A stretch of DNA of 64,000 bases from Carcharhinus amblyrhynchos. Its lineage: Eukaryota. The stretch spans positions 23,932,001 through 23,996,000 of the forward strand of contig OZ336876.1 of the NCBI GenBank assembly GCA_965287045.1. Reading direction: 5' to 3'. This document shows positions 1 through 11,531 of the stretch, one piece after another. The position numbers and the translations under genes were made by a program. Numbering within the stretch: the stretch's first letter is position 1; each line of letters starts with the position of its first letter. The notes beneath the pieces are model-generated. The model saw only the letters and a program-made list of their open reading frames with translations. It made no database searches and was not told the origin of the DNA.

Positions 1-169
1 TCCCAGGTCCCAGCTCTCCATTTGAAGATGAAGATCCTCTCTTTTTATGCCATGCACAGATGACAACAAGAGAAATAGCTGCCAATTCAGGCCAGAACCT
101 TGGTGTCCTGTCTCTATTCCCACACCCCATCAGGGTTTACTAAGATCCTGGTGCATTCATGTACAAACC

Positions 170-865
170 TTCAAATTAGGAGCAGAGATAGGACACTCAG
201 CCCCAGGAGCTTGCTTCGCAATTCGATTAGAGCATGGCTGATCTGACTGTAACCTCAGCCCCAAATGCCTGTCTACCCCAGTAACCTTTCACCCTCTTGT
301 TAATCAAGGAAGAGGGAGGTGATGGCCAAGTGGTATGATCACTATTCATCCAGGAACTCAGCTAATGTTCTGGCAACCCAGGTTCGAATCCCACCATGGC
401 AGATGATGGAATTTGAATTCAATGAAAAAATATCTGGAATTAAGAATGTACTGATGACCGTGAAACCATTGTCGATTATTGGAAAAACCCATCTGGTTCA
501 CTGATGTTCTTTAGGGAAGGAAATCTGCCATTCATCCTTGGTTTGGCCTACGTGTGACTCCACAGTCACAGCAATGGGTTGACTCTCAACTGCCCTTCAA
601 GGGCAACTAGGAATGGACAATATATGCTGGCCAGCCAGTTATGCCTATGTCCCATGAATGAATGTTTCAAAATCTATCTAGTTCTACCTCAAAAATATTC
701 CACTGCCTTTCGAGGAAGAGATTTCCAAAGACTCAGAACTATCAGAGAAATAAATTCTCCTCATCTCCATCTTAAATGATTTTTAAAACAGTGATGCCCT
801 AGTTCTAGATTCTCCCACAAGAGGAAACATCTTCTCCACATCCACCCTGTCAACAGCTCTCAGGT
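170..865 (-). mobile_element. Old CR1-type LINE 3' fragment, split by a SINE insertion
   Basis: Reverse-oriented CR1 3' UTR and ORF2 end (aggagcagagatagg...catggctgatctg...). Breaks at ~310 and resumes at ~668 (aatctatcta...ttccactgcc...ttccaaagactc). Confidence 0.7.
314..664 (+). mobile_element. tRNA-derived SINE with LINE-derived tail
   Basis: Perfect A box TGGCCAAGTGG (323-333) and B box GGTTCGAATCC (381-391). Tail caagggcaactaggaatgg...cccatgaatgaatg is homologous to LINE 3' ends at 11390-11470 and 47620-47670. Confidence 0.85.
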
Positions 866-1815
866 TTTAACATTTCCATGAATGAAGAGACACAAACAAT
901 GCACTACATTATCGAGGAGAGTCCCCACGACAGACAGAGTGGCAGACCAATTGTCTTACACTCATCAAGAGAACTGGCTATCAAATGGCTTTAAATTTGC
1001 TAAATAATAATTAAGACTCCAACCCCATGAAATTCTCATACCGTAGAAAGTTGGCAACCAAGGCAGGAATGTGGGCTTAATCAGTTCTACCTCAAGTGGT
1101 AAGCTACCTCATAGCTCCTATAGCTATGCAGAAATGTCTGAGATATGAGTGTTTGTCTGCAAATAGATGGTTCATAGCTCCATCCACAATCATAATGATG
1201 TATGTCAGCTTCAATATCTGAAGTTGTACCGCTGAATCCAAAAGGAATTCTTCAACTTGCATGACACATGAATTTGTGGCATGCACAGACCTGTGCTGGC
1301 GTGTGTGGTAAGACGCATTATAAAAACTATGTTTATGACCTACCCAGTGGTATTCTCCAGATGTGTGCAAAGTTGGAAAGGACATTGCTGGTGGCGTGCC
1401 CTTTCTGTGCAATGTATTGATGATGACATGTTCCATGGAGCAGATGGTCTTACTTGTTCTGTACATAGGTACTGGAAACATTAAACAGAACAGTCTTGCT
1501 CATTGAGATTTACTGTGCGCGGCAGGCTGAATGAGCTCCCTCAGTTTGAGAGAAAGAGGGAGGGGAAATAAACATATGTGCACATGTAAATGATGAAGCT
1601 TTGTGAGGAAAATGTTGAAACTTGCCACCTATATGATCGTGTACCCTCAGCAAATCCTGCTTTTTTTTAACTTTAGAAAGAATTGAGTCAAGTGGCTATG
1701 GCATTCCCTGAATTGGATATGTATCAAACAGGCATGTGATGAGTGCGTGCTAATTTAGTACCTCCCAGGAGACCGACTTTGTGTTACTTTCACAAGTGCT
1801 TCACGTTACTGAATA

Positions 1816-2138
1816 AATCATAGAATTCCTACAGTGCAGAAGGAGGCCATTTGGCCCATCAAGTCTGCACCGGCCACAATCCCACCCAGGCCTTAATCCC
1901 CTAACCCCCACATATTTATCCTGCTAATCCCTCTGACACTAGAGTGAATTTAGCACGGCCAATCAACTCAACCCGCACATCTTTGGACTACGGAGGAAGC
2001 CGGAGCACCCGTAGGAAACCCATGCAGACACGGGAGAATGTGCAAATGCCACACAGCCAGTGTCCCGAAACTGTAATTGAAACCAAGTCCCTGGCACTGT
2101 GAGGCAGCAGTGCTAACCACTGTGCTACAATGCTGCCC
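1816..2138 (-). mobile_element. HE1-like shark SINE
   Basis: Reverse strand reads gggcagcattgtagcacagtggttagcactgctgcctcacag...ctgcactgtaggaattctatgatt. Homologous to copies at 6663, 8679, 20682 and 41274. Confidence 0.85.
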
Positions 2139-3162
2139 ATTAAGCACATCAAGATTGAAGAGTGGCCTTATTTGTAAGCATTTATTTAAAGCTTTGTCCT
2201 GCAATATTCTGCCAGTTTGGTAGATACTGACAAAGGATGCTTGAAAAGCTAAGTACTTCAATTGTCTATATTGATATTCTTCAACTTGATGAGAATAAAA
2301 AGGGTGCAGTGGGTCAGCTCATTGTTCACAGATAAATCAGGGCAATGGAGAATATGAGGGTGTGTGTGCTATTTTCATTGTAAATAAGTTAGTAGAGAGT
2401 AATGAAATGAGCTAAATGCCGATGCACTGACCAAGTCCACACGCTGTGCCCACCATCTTGGAAACCTTTGTAATAAGATTCCTAAAGATAGTCGTGCTCC
2501 AGTCAGTTAGAGGGCTTGGAGCAAAACAATTCTCTCCCTTTTCTCAATGTGTTCCAGGCAAATGAACTGATAAATCAGTCACTGTGTTTTTCCCCTCAAA
2601 AACACAGATTGCAAAGCAGTTTTATTCTGAGACATCCCATCCTAACCACATTCTCTGGTTTGTGTTCAGTGTAATTCTCATTAACACTGATTGACTTGTT
2701 TTGCTGATTAACTTAACCTCTTCAGAAAATAGACAAAAGAGTCGAACAAACAAATCAATCCTGTTAGAAAATACAACTAGCGTCAGCAATAAAGGTTGGT
2801 CTCCTGTAGAGCGAAAACAACACTGTTGTAGCAAAAGCAAAATCCACATCTTATTCAGGAAACATAAACAACACAACAACAGTATCAGATACAGTGGGGG
2901 AGAATCTTTTCTTCACAGCCTGGGCAGTAATTTGGCAGAGTGCATCATTCGCTCTCTGATTTTAATTCCCTTGATTACAATTGAACTTGTGATAAGGCAA
3001 ATTCTACTTAAGATGCAAAATTGTAATCGAGACAAATAATTTCAAAATATACCCCCTATATATTCTACAATGAATTTCTCCTTCCCTTCATAACGCCCAA
3101 AATAATGACTGCTTCAAATTACTAAGTGCCAAACTTACAGATGATCATACTATCACACAAAA

Positions 3163-4401
3163 GGGTGGTTTTCTGACCTCACTGGAGACCTAAAAATTGG
3201 TTTCATGCCTGGCACCGAACAGTTTACAATCATCCCAATTCCTTTCTAAAGATGCAAACCGGATCACGCCCAGAAAGGGCACAAAGCCAATTAACATATC
3301 TAAAGTTGTATTTAACTATGCATAGCCCATTCAACACTGGATTACCCCAGCTCCCAGGACTTATTGATCTTTGGGCCACGCAAGATTGTCACGCTGGGGG
3401 GCTCAGAGTCCTTGGGGACGTGGCTGGATAATGCGTTTAAGGCAGTGCTCACCAGGCACAATGGCAGTGCCAGTTGGGGACTGCCAGTGTGATGGAGAAG
3501 CACCAAGGGGTTGGGGCCTATGACGGGGCGGGGGGGGGGGTGGAGGAGTGGGGTTGCTATGCAGGGGTCTATGCAGGAATGGTCGTACAAACGGGGGGCA
3601 TTCAGAAGTGGACCATGATGGGGGCACGTCAGGGGTCTTTAAGGGGGACCCATTGGGAAGGCCCCATTGCCGATGATCTATGTTGGGGAGGAGCATGTTG
3701 ATGGGGGAGGGAGAGGGTTTTGCCAGTACACAGAGACCAGGGCACCCTTCCAAAACGGGGCCCGAGCACTCACTGTGTGTTTAGGCTCTGCCCTTCCCAG
3801 AATTAGCATGCAACACACCCCTCTCCCACAAATGACTGAATCTCCCACAAATGACTGAAGAGACTCTTCCTGCTCAGAAAGGACAGTAGGACTAGGGGGC
3901 ACAGCCTCAAGATAAAGGGGGGGCAGTTTAGAACGGAGTTGAGGAGGAACTTCTTCACTCAAAGGGTGGTGAATCTCTGGAATTCTCTGCCTGTTGAAGT
4001 GGTGGAGGCTGCCTCGCTAAATATTTTTAAGACGCCGGTTAATGGGTTTTTGATAAGAGAGGGGATTAAGGGTTATGGGGAGAGGGCGGGAATGTGGAAC
4101 TGAGCCACGACAGATCAGCCATGATCTTATTGAATGGCGGGGCAGGCTCGAAGGGCTAGATGGCCTACTCCTGCTCCTATTTCTTATGTTCAAATGTGGT
4201 CTGGATTGTGCCTGACAAACCATAGTGGATGGCTTTGGTTTTATCGCTGTTCCGGCACTTTGGGTCGAATTTTCTGGTCCTGTTGCAGTGATTGGAGGTT
4301 TGGCTGTGTGGCAACTTCTCCTTCTTTGCTTGCTGCACTGTTCGAGCATGAACAGCCAGAAAATTCTAGCTTTAGTTGTTTTTTTGAGGAAATTTCCGCC
4401 C
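3163..4401. mobile_element. GC-rich non-autonomous DNA transposon (Harbinger-like MITE) hosting a CR1 insertion
   Basis: Degenerate ends gggtggttttct / ggaaatttccgccc and a G-rich interior like 36295-37155 and 56205-56998. Boundaries uncertain. Confidence 0.4.
3860..4191 (+). mobile_element. Young 5'-truncated CR1 LINE copy
   Basis: About 95% identical (hand alignment) to the reverse complement of 5853-6184. Encodes the ORF2 end (GHSLKIKGGQFRTELRRNFF...GIKGYGERAGMWN) plus 3' UTR ending ttcttatgttc. Confidence 0.92.
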
Positions 4402-5054
4402 AATTGCTTTGAGTAATTGCTCTGCTAGGATTCAAAGTCAGTGCAATTTTGAAAATCATCTTTTTGGATCAACCACATAATTACAATTCTGACAGTAAAT
4501 TTAACCCAAACGTTTTGGTCATTTTGAAAGGGAGCTTGAAAGAATCACTACCGCAGAGTCGGCAAGCTCAGTAATAGATACTGAACACGAGGTAGGCAGG
4601 CAAGGACTATGATCATGAATCCATCACAAATGTTAAAATTCAATTGCCTCTCAGTCAATTGCTTAGATGTCAGACAACTGGCTGATCACCCCATTACAAT
4701 ACACTGTAGCTGAAATTGGATTGCAATTTGACAAGTGGTATCAAAAAACATCCTTGGATTAATATTGATGTAAATTTGTTTCTCCAGTTAACAGTTTCCT
4801 GACTGTTCCTTCAGAGCCAGAGATAAAACATAGGGATGACTGTGAACACAATATATTTTGAAGCTGTGAAGAATTTTCTAGTTAATTATCTAAATTAACT
4901 GAGTAAAAAGGCTACATCGTTTTGGGAGGAGCTCACTCTGAATCTATTAAAGTTGGTTAAAAGGAGATATCAAAGAAAACAGAGAAAAGACACTTGAAGC
5001 TAGTTAACCTTCTCTGGGTTCATGTGGCTTTCAACTAAGTATTCTGAAACTGGA

Positions 5055-5250
5055 ACATAGGAACACAAGAACATAGAAATTAGAAGCAGGAGTACATAAT
5101 TTGGCCCTTCAAGCCTGTTCCCCATTTAATTAGATCACGGTTGATCTTTCCCTGGTCTCAAATCCACCTCTTTTCCTGTTCCCCACATCCCTTTAACCAG
5201 TGTTTTTTTGAAGTCAGAAATATATCTATTGCCTTGAAATGATTTAATGG
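5055..5250 (-). mobile_element. Old CR1 3' end fragment
   Basis: aacatagga/acaagaacatagaaattagaagcaggagt tail pattern followed by degenerate 3' UTR. Confidence 0.6.
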
Positions 5251-5729
5251 TTAGGATTAGTTGACATGATCCTGATTTATGTCACCATATCAAATGAAAA
5301 AAGGTGCTTAAGTTAGAAAAACAAAATGATCAGCTCCAGGAAAGCTGCCACAGTACAATCAATTATCAACATTTTATCATTCCAATAAAATGGCAAGCAA
5401 TCTAATCTCTAACTAGAAAAGTTCTGAGAAAATTTGCATTTTGAGACATCCAGTTAAAGAGCTCGGACATAGATTATAAATACCAAGTAATTGAAGCTGA
5501 GAATTTCATCATTATTTTCAGTCCAACAAGAGCATAAGAGACTTTTACCAGGTTTTACTAAGTTACTTGTCCGGTAATATATTCACACAAGTTTTGTACC
5601 AGCATGTTAAGATTTCCTCAATCATTTGAGTTGTTCCCACATTACACTCACCCAGAATCCACAATATATAATCCTCAGGAAGCATGCGATTGGAATTATT
5701 TTAAATGCAGGTGTACAAAATAATTCAAC

Positions 5730-6655
5730 TGGTTGGGATATTAAAGGGTGCAGAGAATGAGGGAGAGAGTGGGATTCAACGGGATGGAATATTAAACAGT
5801 GTGGAGAGTGAGTGTTTAGACTGGGTGGGATATTAAAAGATAAGAACATAAGAACATAAGAAATAGGAGCAGGAGTAGGCCATCTAGCCCTTCGAGCCTG
5901 CCCCGCCATTCAATAAGATCATGGCTGATCTGTCGCTGCTCAGTTCCACTTTCCCGCTTTCTCCCCATAACCCTTAATCCCCTCTCTTATCAAAAACCTA
6001 TCAACCCGCGTCTTAAAAATATTTAGCGAGGCAGCCTCCACCACTTCAACGGGCAGAGAATTCCAGAGATTCACCACCCTTTGAGTGAAGACGTTCCTCC
6101 TCAACTCCATTCTAAACTGCCCCCCTTTTATCTTGAGGCTGTGCCCCCTAGTCCTACTGTCTTTTTTGAGCGGGAAGAGTCTCTCCACCTCTATCCTATC
6201 CATCCCATTCATCATCTTATACGTCTCAATGAGATCTCCCCTCATTCTTCTAAACTCTAACGAGTACAAGCCCAGTTTATTCAGCCTCTCCTCATAGCTC
6301 AACCCCCTCAACTCCGGTATCAGCCTAGTAAACCTCCTCTGCACTCCCTCCAAGGCCAAAATATCTTTGCGCAGGTGCGGCGCCCAAAACTGCACACAGT
6401 ACTCCAGCTGCGGCCTCACCAATGCCCTATACAGCTGCAGCAAGACCTCCCTACTTTTATATTCAATTCCCCTCGCTATGAAGGCCAGCATCCCATTCGC
6501 CTTCCTGACCACCTGCTGCACCTGCAAGCTGGGTTTTTGCGACTCATGCACAAGGACCCCGAGGTCCCTCTGCACCGTCGCCTGCTGCAGTTTTTCGCCC
6601 CGTAAGTAATAGATTTGGAGAGTGAAATTGTATTGGTGGGGTTATTAAAGGTAAC
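5730..6655. repeat. Degenerate ~40-50 bp minisatellite (gggatattaaa...ggagagtga) interrupted by a CR1 insertion
   Basis: Units at ~5733, 5781 and 5823, resuming at 6615 (ttggagagtgaaattgtattggtggggttattaaag). Confidence 0.6.
5842..6610 (-). mobile_element. Young 5'-truncated CR1 LINE with uninterrupted ORF2 C-terminus
   Basis: ORF 5940-6575 (QRDLGVLVH...LYRALVRPQLEYCVQFWAP...RRMRGDLIETYK...GIKGYGEKAGKWN) has no stops. Repeated aagaacat tail and AGAT duplicated at 5838-5841 / 6611-6614. Confidence 0.95.
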
Positions 6656-6662
6656 AAAAAAA

Positions 6663-7021
6663 AGGCAGCAAGATGGCTAGCATTGTTGTCTCTCAGTGCC
6701 AGGGACCCAGTTCGGTTTAGGCCTTGGGTGACTGTCTGTGTGGAGTTTACAGGTGCTCTCCATATCTGCTTGGGTTTCCTCAGGTTGCTCAGGTTTCTTC
6801 ATGTAGTCCAAAGATGTGCAGGTTAGGTGGATTTGCCAGGCTAAATTGTCCTTAGTGTCCAAAGGTGTTGGGGTTAGGTGGATTAGCCATGGTAAGTGCG
6901 TAGGGTTACAGGGATAGGTTGGGGGTGAAGTGGGCCTGGATATGATGCTCTTTCAGTGAGTCGGTACTGGTTCAATGGGACAAATGACCTCCTTCTGCAT
7001 TGTAGGAGTTCTAAGATTCTA
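6663..7021 (+). mobile_element. HE1-like SINE
   Basis: ggcagcaagatggctagcattgttgtctctcagtgccagggaccc...gtggagtttacag...tgtaggagttctaagattct. Confidence 0.8.
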
Positions 7022-8678
7022 CGCCAATGTAATAAAGCTTCCATTCAAGGGTCTTTCATGGATATAGCAAAACAACTTCTCCATTGAAATAAAAGTTAAC
7101 CTTTCAAATAACCATTTAGTTGCATAAATAAACACCCGCGCACTCTGAAAGCATATCAAAGGCTGAGTATGTTATGACAGCCTTGTAAAACTGTCAGTTC
7201 TTCATCTTTCAACTGTGTCAACATAACTGGGCAGCCGTTTAGCTTTGTAACTCAACCAAGCATTCATATTGGTCACAGACGCCAAAGCGTGATTACAACT
7301 GCTTAAGCCTGAAATGGGAAGAACCAATGTCCCAAGGTTTGCCTTCCACTCAATGGAGAAAACAGGTGGTTAGTTTTTTTTAACATTTCAAAAATAGGGG
7401 ATGTTCTTTTTACAATCAGAGCTCTATATGCATTTAAAGCCAGTTTCAAAAATTACAAGGCACGTATACTAACGTATTTTCTACGTTTGTAATGTACACT
7501 GGCCATTTCCCCAATGGGTCAAACTCTTATAATGCATTTCAACACTTCCAAAATGGTGATTCAGGTAATGGTTAAGTTAGTTTTGTAGGACAGAGCCCGA
7601 CAATAAAGATCCAGTACTCATTTGAGGTTGTTAAAATATTTTAAACTCAGCTTTCAGGATATTCAGAAGGCTTCACTCAGTGGTCTCTGTGAGGTAAATT
7701 TTTTCAGGCATCCAAAACAGCGCAAAGGAGGAAATACAATGCTCCTTTGATCCTTACAATGGGAACCCTGACATTGGAAGGAGAGCATGGCTGTTTTCTT
7801 TGCACATGGAAAGGCCACACAAAAATGACGTGGAGTTGGAAAGACAGAAAAATTGTTTTTCACCAAAATAAAAGTTGAGCATTTCACAATTTGACTTGCA
7901 CGCCCTTTGGTAGGCAACAAGTTGGCCACTGCTCTATATTTTCCTTATCTTTGGATTTTTTTTTAATTTATGGAGTAAGAATTTGTTACACTGGAAAAAG
8001 GAAAGTCTCCACAATTACACTTTCTGAAATATGCTGTGCTGAATTCTGGCTTCAAAGTTTAATTTTCATTCCATTTCACTGTCTGTATCTGAGAGGACAG
8101 ATTAGAAGTGGGATCAACACATGGCGTGACATTAGTTATAAGTAGACTGCACCCAGGGTAGGGGAAACGATAGACAAGTTCACTGGAGGGTGAGGTGGAT
8201 AACTGGATTTGCTGCAGAAGATTCAGCCGAGTTCTTTGATAGGGTAGCCCACAGAGAAAACTCTGATGGATATGCACAACAGAATGCTTCGTGCATTGGA
8301 CAGCTTGCAAAGGGAGGCTGTGTTCACAGTCAAGGAAGGAACAGGAGGAATCTAGCACCAACCTTGCACAGGTATTTATGCAAAGGTTGCAGCCCTTCCT
8401 TTCCAGAACAGAAGTGGATGAGATCTCCGTTTTCACACATATGAAACAAATATTGATGCAATATTTGGTAACCTGTGGTGCAGCTTCTATACAGTACTGT
8501 CACAAACCCAGCTGATGTTACCTGCGAGGTTGTCCCAACCTGGGACACCAATTCATGGTGGTACATAATTTTGTTTACAGGAACAATGTGAGGAGTCACG
8601 TGCAAGACCCAATGAAAATAGTAAGCAGCCCAGTTGCAGTATAACGCTGACTGAAGACATTTTCTTACAATAAAGAAA

Positions 8679-8980
8679 GGACACTGTGGCACAGTGTTTA
8701 GCACTGCTGCCTCATAGCACTAGGGGCCAGGGTTCAATTCTGACTTTGGATGACTGCACATTCTGCTTGAGTTTCCCTCAGGTGCTCCGGTTTCCAGCCA
8801 CAGTCTAAAGATGTGTGGATTAGATTGATTGGCCACGTTAAATTGCCTCTTAATGTCGGGGGATGCGCAGGGTAAATATGTGGAGTTATATGGATAGGAC
8901 CTAGGTGGGATTGTCGATGGTGCAGGTGTGATGGGCCAAATGGCCTTCTTCTGCACTGTAGGGATTCTATTCTCTGATTC
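8679..8980 (+). mobile_element. HE1-like SINE
   Basis: gtggcacagtgtttagcactgctgcctcatagc...gggttcaattc...ctgcactgtagggattctattct. Confidence 0.82.
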
Positions 8981-10524
8981 AAATGGGACATTGATGTATA
9001 GGAACTATTCGCCACACCCACATGGTTGATGTAGCATTTATCCTTTACGATCCAAGTATGAGATCTGACCTTTTCAGGACTTTTCTCTTCTCAAGCAACA
9101 TCCAATTCAATATGTCTATACGTAAAGGCCACTTAACAGTTCACACACTGCACACATTTGGGGAGTTATTTTGAGAACTGTCCACAGGTTCAGCAAAGAT
9201 ATGATTTTAACTGCCTCCATGAATATCTTAGCTTGCTTCTGGTGTGCTTGCTGGAACTCAGTTACAGGCTATTAAGTGAAATCTGCCTCTCAGCCTGCTA
9301 GATGGATATTGTCTCCTTGCTTCAGCACAATTATACTATTTTTCCCCTTGATGGTTCCCTCTGGTGTATCGGCAGTACGTCCCCTCAGCTTCTGTAGTTC
9401 TAAAAGATTAACATATCTTTGCCTCCCCTGGATAGTGCAATTGTTTAACTAAGATGTTCCCTGCTAGCAGGATTATGTATTCTTCTGGTCGGTCTACAGC
9501 TGCTAATCTGATTACAGGGAGATTCACATCCTGCGAAATGCCCCTTTAAATGCTGATGGCTTCTAAACTTTAAGTTTTGCTACATTCTTTGTATCTCCTG
9601 TTACAAGGCGCATTTAGGCAGTACAAGTAACAGCCACACAACACTGAGTCCTGTAAAGGAAACTGAGGCCACTGTCATTCAGACTGCTGCCATCTTGATT
9701 GTGCATTGCAGTGTGTGAATGGACATACAGTGCAGCACAACAGCCCAGCAAGCTCACCCGCCAACAAATTGCTCGATTTCCTGAGGCAGTGACGCCAGGG
9801 ATCAGGAACCTACTGCCCTCTCTGAGGAAGACAGTACTTAATGCCTTACCTCTGCCACTCCTCCAGCATATTTGCTGTCGCCTGTTAGGCAGCCAGCCCA
9901 AAATGCTGCCACTTATGCTGAAATGATGCCCTACGCAAATGAGCCCCTCTGGCCCAGAGTTCCTCCAAGACAACTGGTAGTCTTCGTCACTGCAAGTCAA
10001 TAGCCTTCCACTAATCAAGCTGCAAACATTGGGGTGGCACTCCATAGCAGCACTCGATCAGGCAACGACACACAGAAGACAGCCGCTAAGAAAATGTACA
10101 AGGTTGATTCAATTACATTTGTATACATACTATGGCATGATTCACTTGTCAATTTGGTTTATAATATTCATTCTATGGGGACATTTTATTGTAGCCAAGC
10201 AGACCCTGTGATGGGCTTGTGGTGAATGGCCAATTGGAGTTTTAAGTAGCGGTATTATACTTGAATGAGTACTTTACCACAACAAAAATGGCTGTCCAGA
10301 TAGCCTTCTTCTGCCTGCCAGGAAACAAAGGCATCATGACTGTTGCAATGATACCAGGCACAATTCCCTATCTATGCTCTCCATCATTTGGATTTACATC
10401 ATTTTTCGTTACAGTATTTGACAAAGTTTGGCACCCACAAGGTGAGTTGGATGGGACATCATGGAAAAACATACAATCCCAGGAATCCAGATCCTCTCTT
10501 TGTTTGCTAGTCTATTATCCGACT

Positions 10525-10925
10525 GTCGATTTTCCTTGGAGAATAAAAGGCTGAGGGGGGACTTGATAGAGGTATTCAAGATTCTGACTGGTCTGGACAG
10601 GGTAATTAGTGAAGAACTGTTCCCTCTCAAGAGTATAAAAAGAATTAAAGGGCACAGATTCAACAGATTGGGCAAGAAGAGTTGAAGTGCTGTAAGAAAA
10701 CATACTTTCACTCAGAGTGTGGTTGGAATTTCGAATTAACTTCCTGAGTGGATTGAGAGAGCAGGTTCGATCAAGGTATTCAAAAGGGAGTTGGATTTCT
10801 ATCTGGAAAGAAAGAATGTTGAAGGTTACAGGGATTAAGCAAAGTAGAATGTTTTTTCAGCAAACTAGTGTAGACTGGATGGGCCAAATGCTTCCCTCAT
10901 GCAGCATAAAGATACTATGATTCTG
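10525..10925 (+). mobile_element. CR1 3' fragment
   Basis: Translates FSLENKRLRGDLIEVFKILTGLDRV...LFPL, followed by degenerate 3' UTR ending gatactatgattct. Confidence 0.85.
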
Positions 10926-11389
10926 CAAAGAGAGAATGGAATAGAAGAGAGATTCTTGCCCTTTGCTGGGATTGCAGGTCTGGCTGTACCAAGCGGCAGA
11001 TTCCAGTGAGGACATCCTCATTTAAGATCAAATTTACAGGCTATGAAGTGAGATCTGCCTCAAGATCAAACATGTTGTTCTTCACTGATGTTTATCTCAG
11101 AGAATTGTTCCTTGAACATCATGGATTGATGCATTCCCCCATTGAAAGCTCTTTCCTTTCCTCCCTCTTCCAACAGCTATTCAGCTTTATGTTACCTTGC
11201 CAAGTCTTGTTCTATTCATCTACTTTGAAGTCAACGAAGATCCTTCAGCATCTACCAACCACTCACACCCTGAGGCTTGTGCAACTTGAAACAGCAATGG
11301 AAAGTATCAAAGACTTTTATAAGGGCAAAAGCCAATAGAAATCAATCAGCAGCAAACCTGAAAGTAACTGATGATCCCTGTTTCTTTTA

Positions 11390-11531
11390 TTCTTATTCAT
11401 ACATGGAACATGGGCGTCACCGGCTGGTCAGCATTTATTGCCTATCCCTAGTTGCCCTTGAGAAAGTGGTGGTGAGCTGCCTTCTTGAATCGCTGCAGTC
11501 CATGTGCTGTGAGTTGACCCACAATGCCATT
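11390..11531 (-). mobile_element. 3' end of CR1-Zenon-like LINE
   Basis: Reverse complement reads atggactgcagcgattcaagaaggcagctcaccaccactttctcaagggcaactagggataggcaataaatgctg, the same as 47570-47650. Confidence 0.8.

Noticed and set aside
323-395. Possible true tRNA gene
   Set aside because: A and B boxes are present but there is no cloverleaf or T-run terminator, and the sequence continues into a repeated SINE body.
445-480. Hammerhead-like string CTGATGA-ccgt-GAAAC-catt-GTC in the SINE body
   Set aside because: Stem II cannot pair, stem I pairs only with a 2-nt offset, and the homologous position in the 21159 copy (atggtggccaaagaac) lacks the core.
900-1540. Cys/His-containing coding-like stretch (CAGVCGKTH...ACPFC)
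   Set aside because: Multiple in-frame stops, no splice signals and no family I can recognise.
5940-6575. 211-aa ORF as a host gene
   Set aside because: It is the C-terminus of CR1 ORF2 in a 5'-truncated copy.
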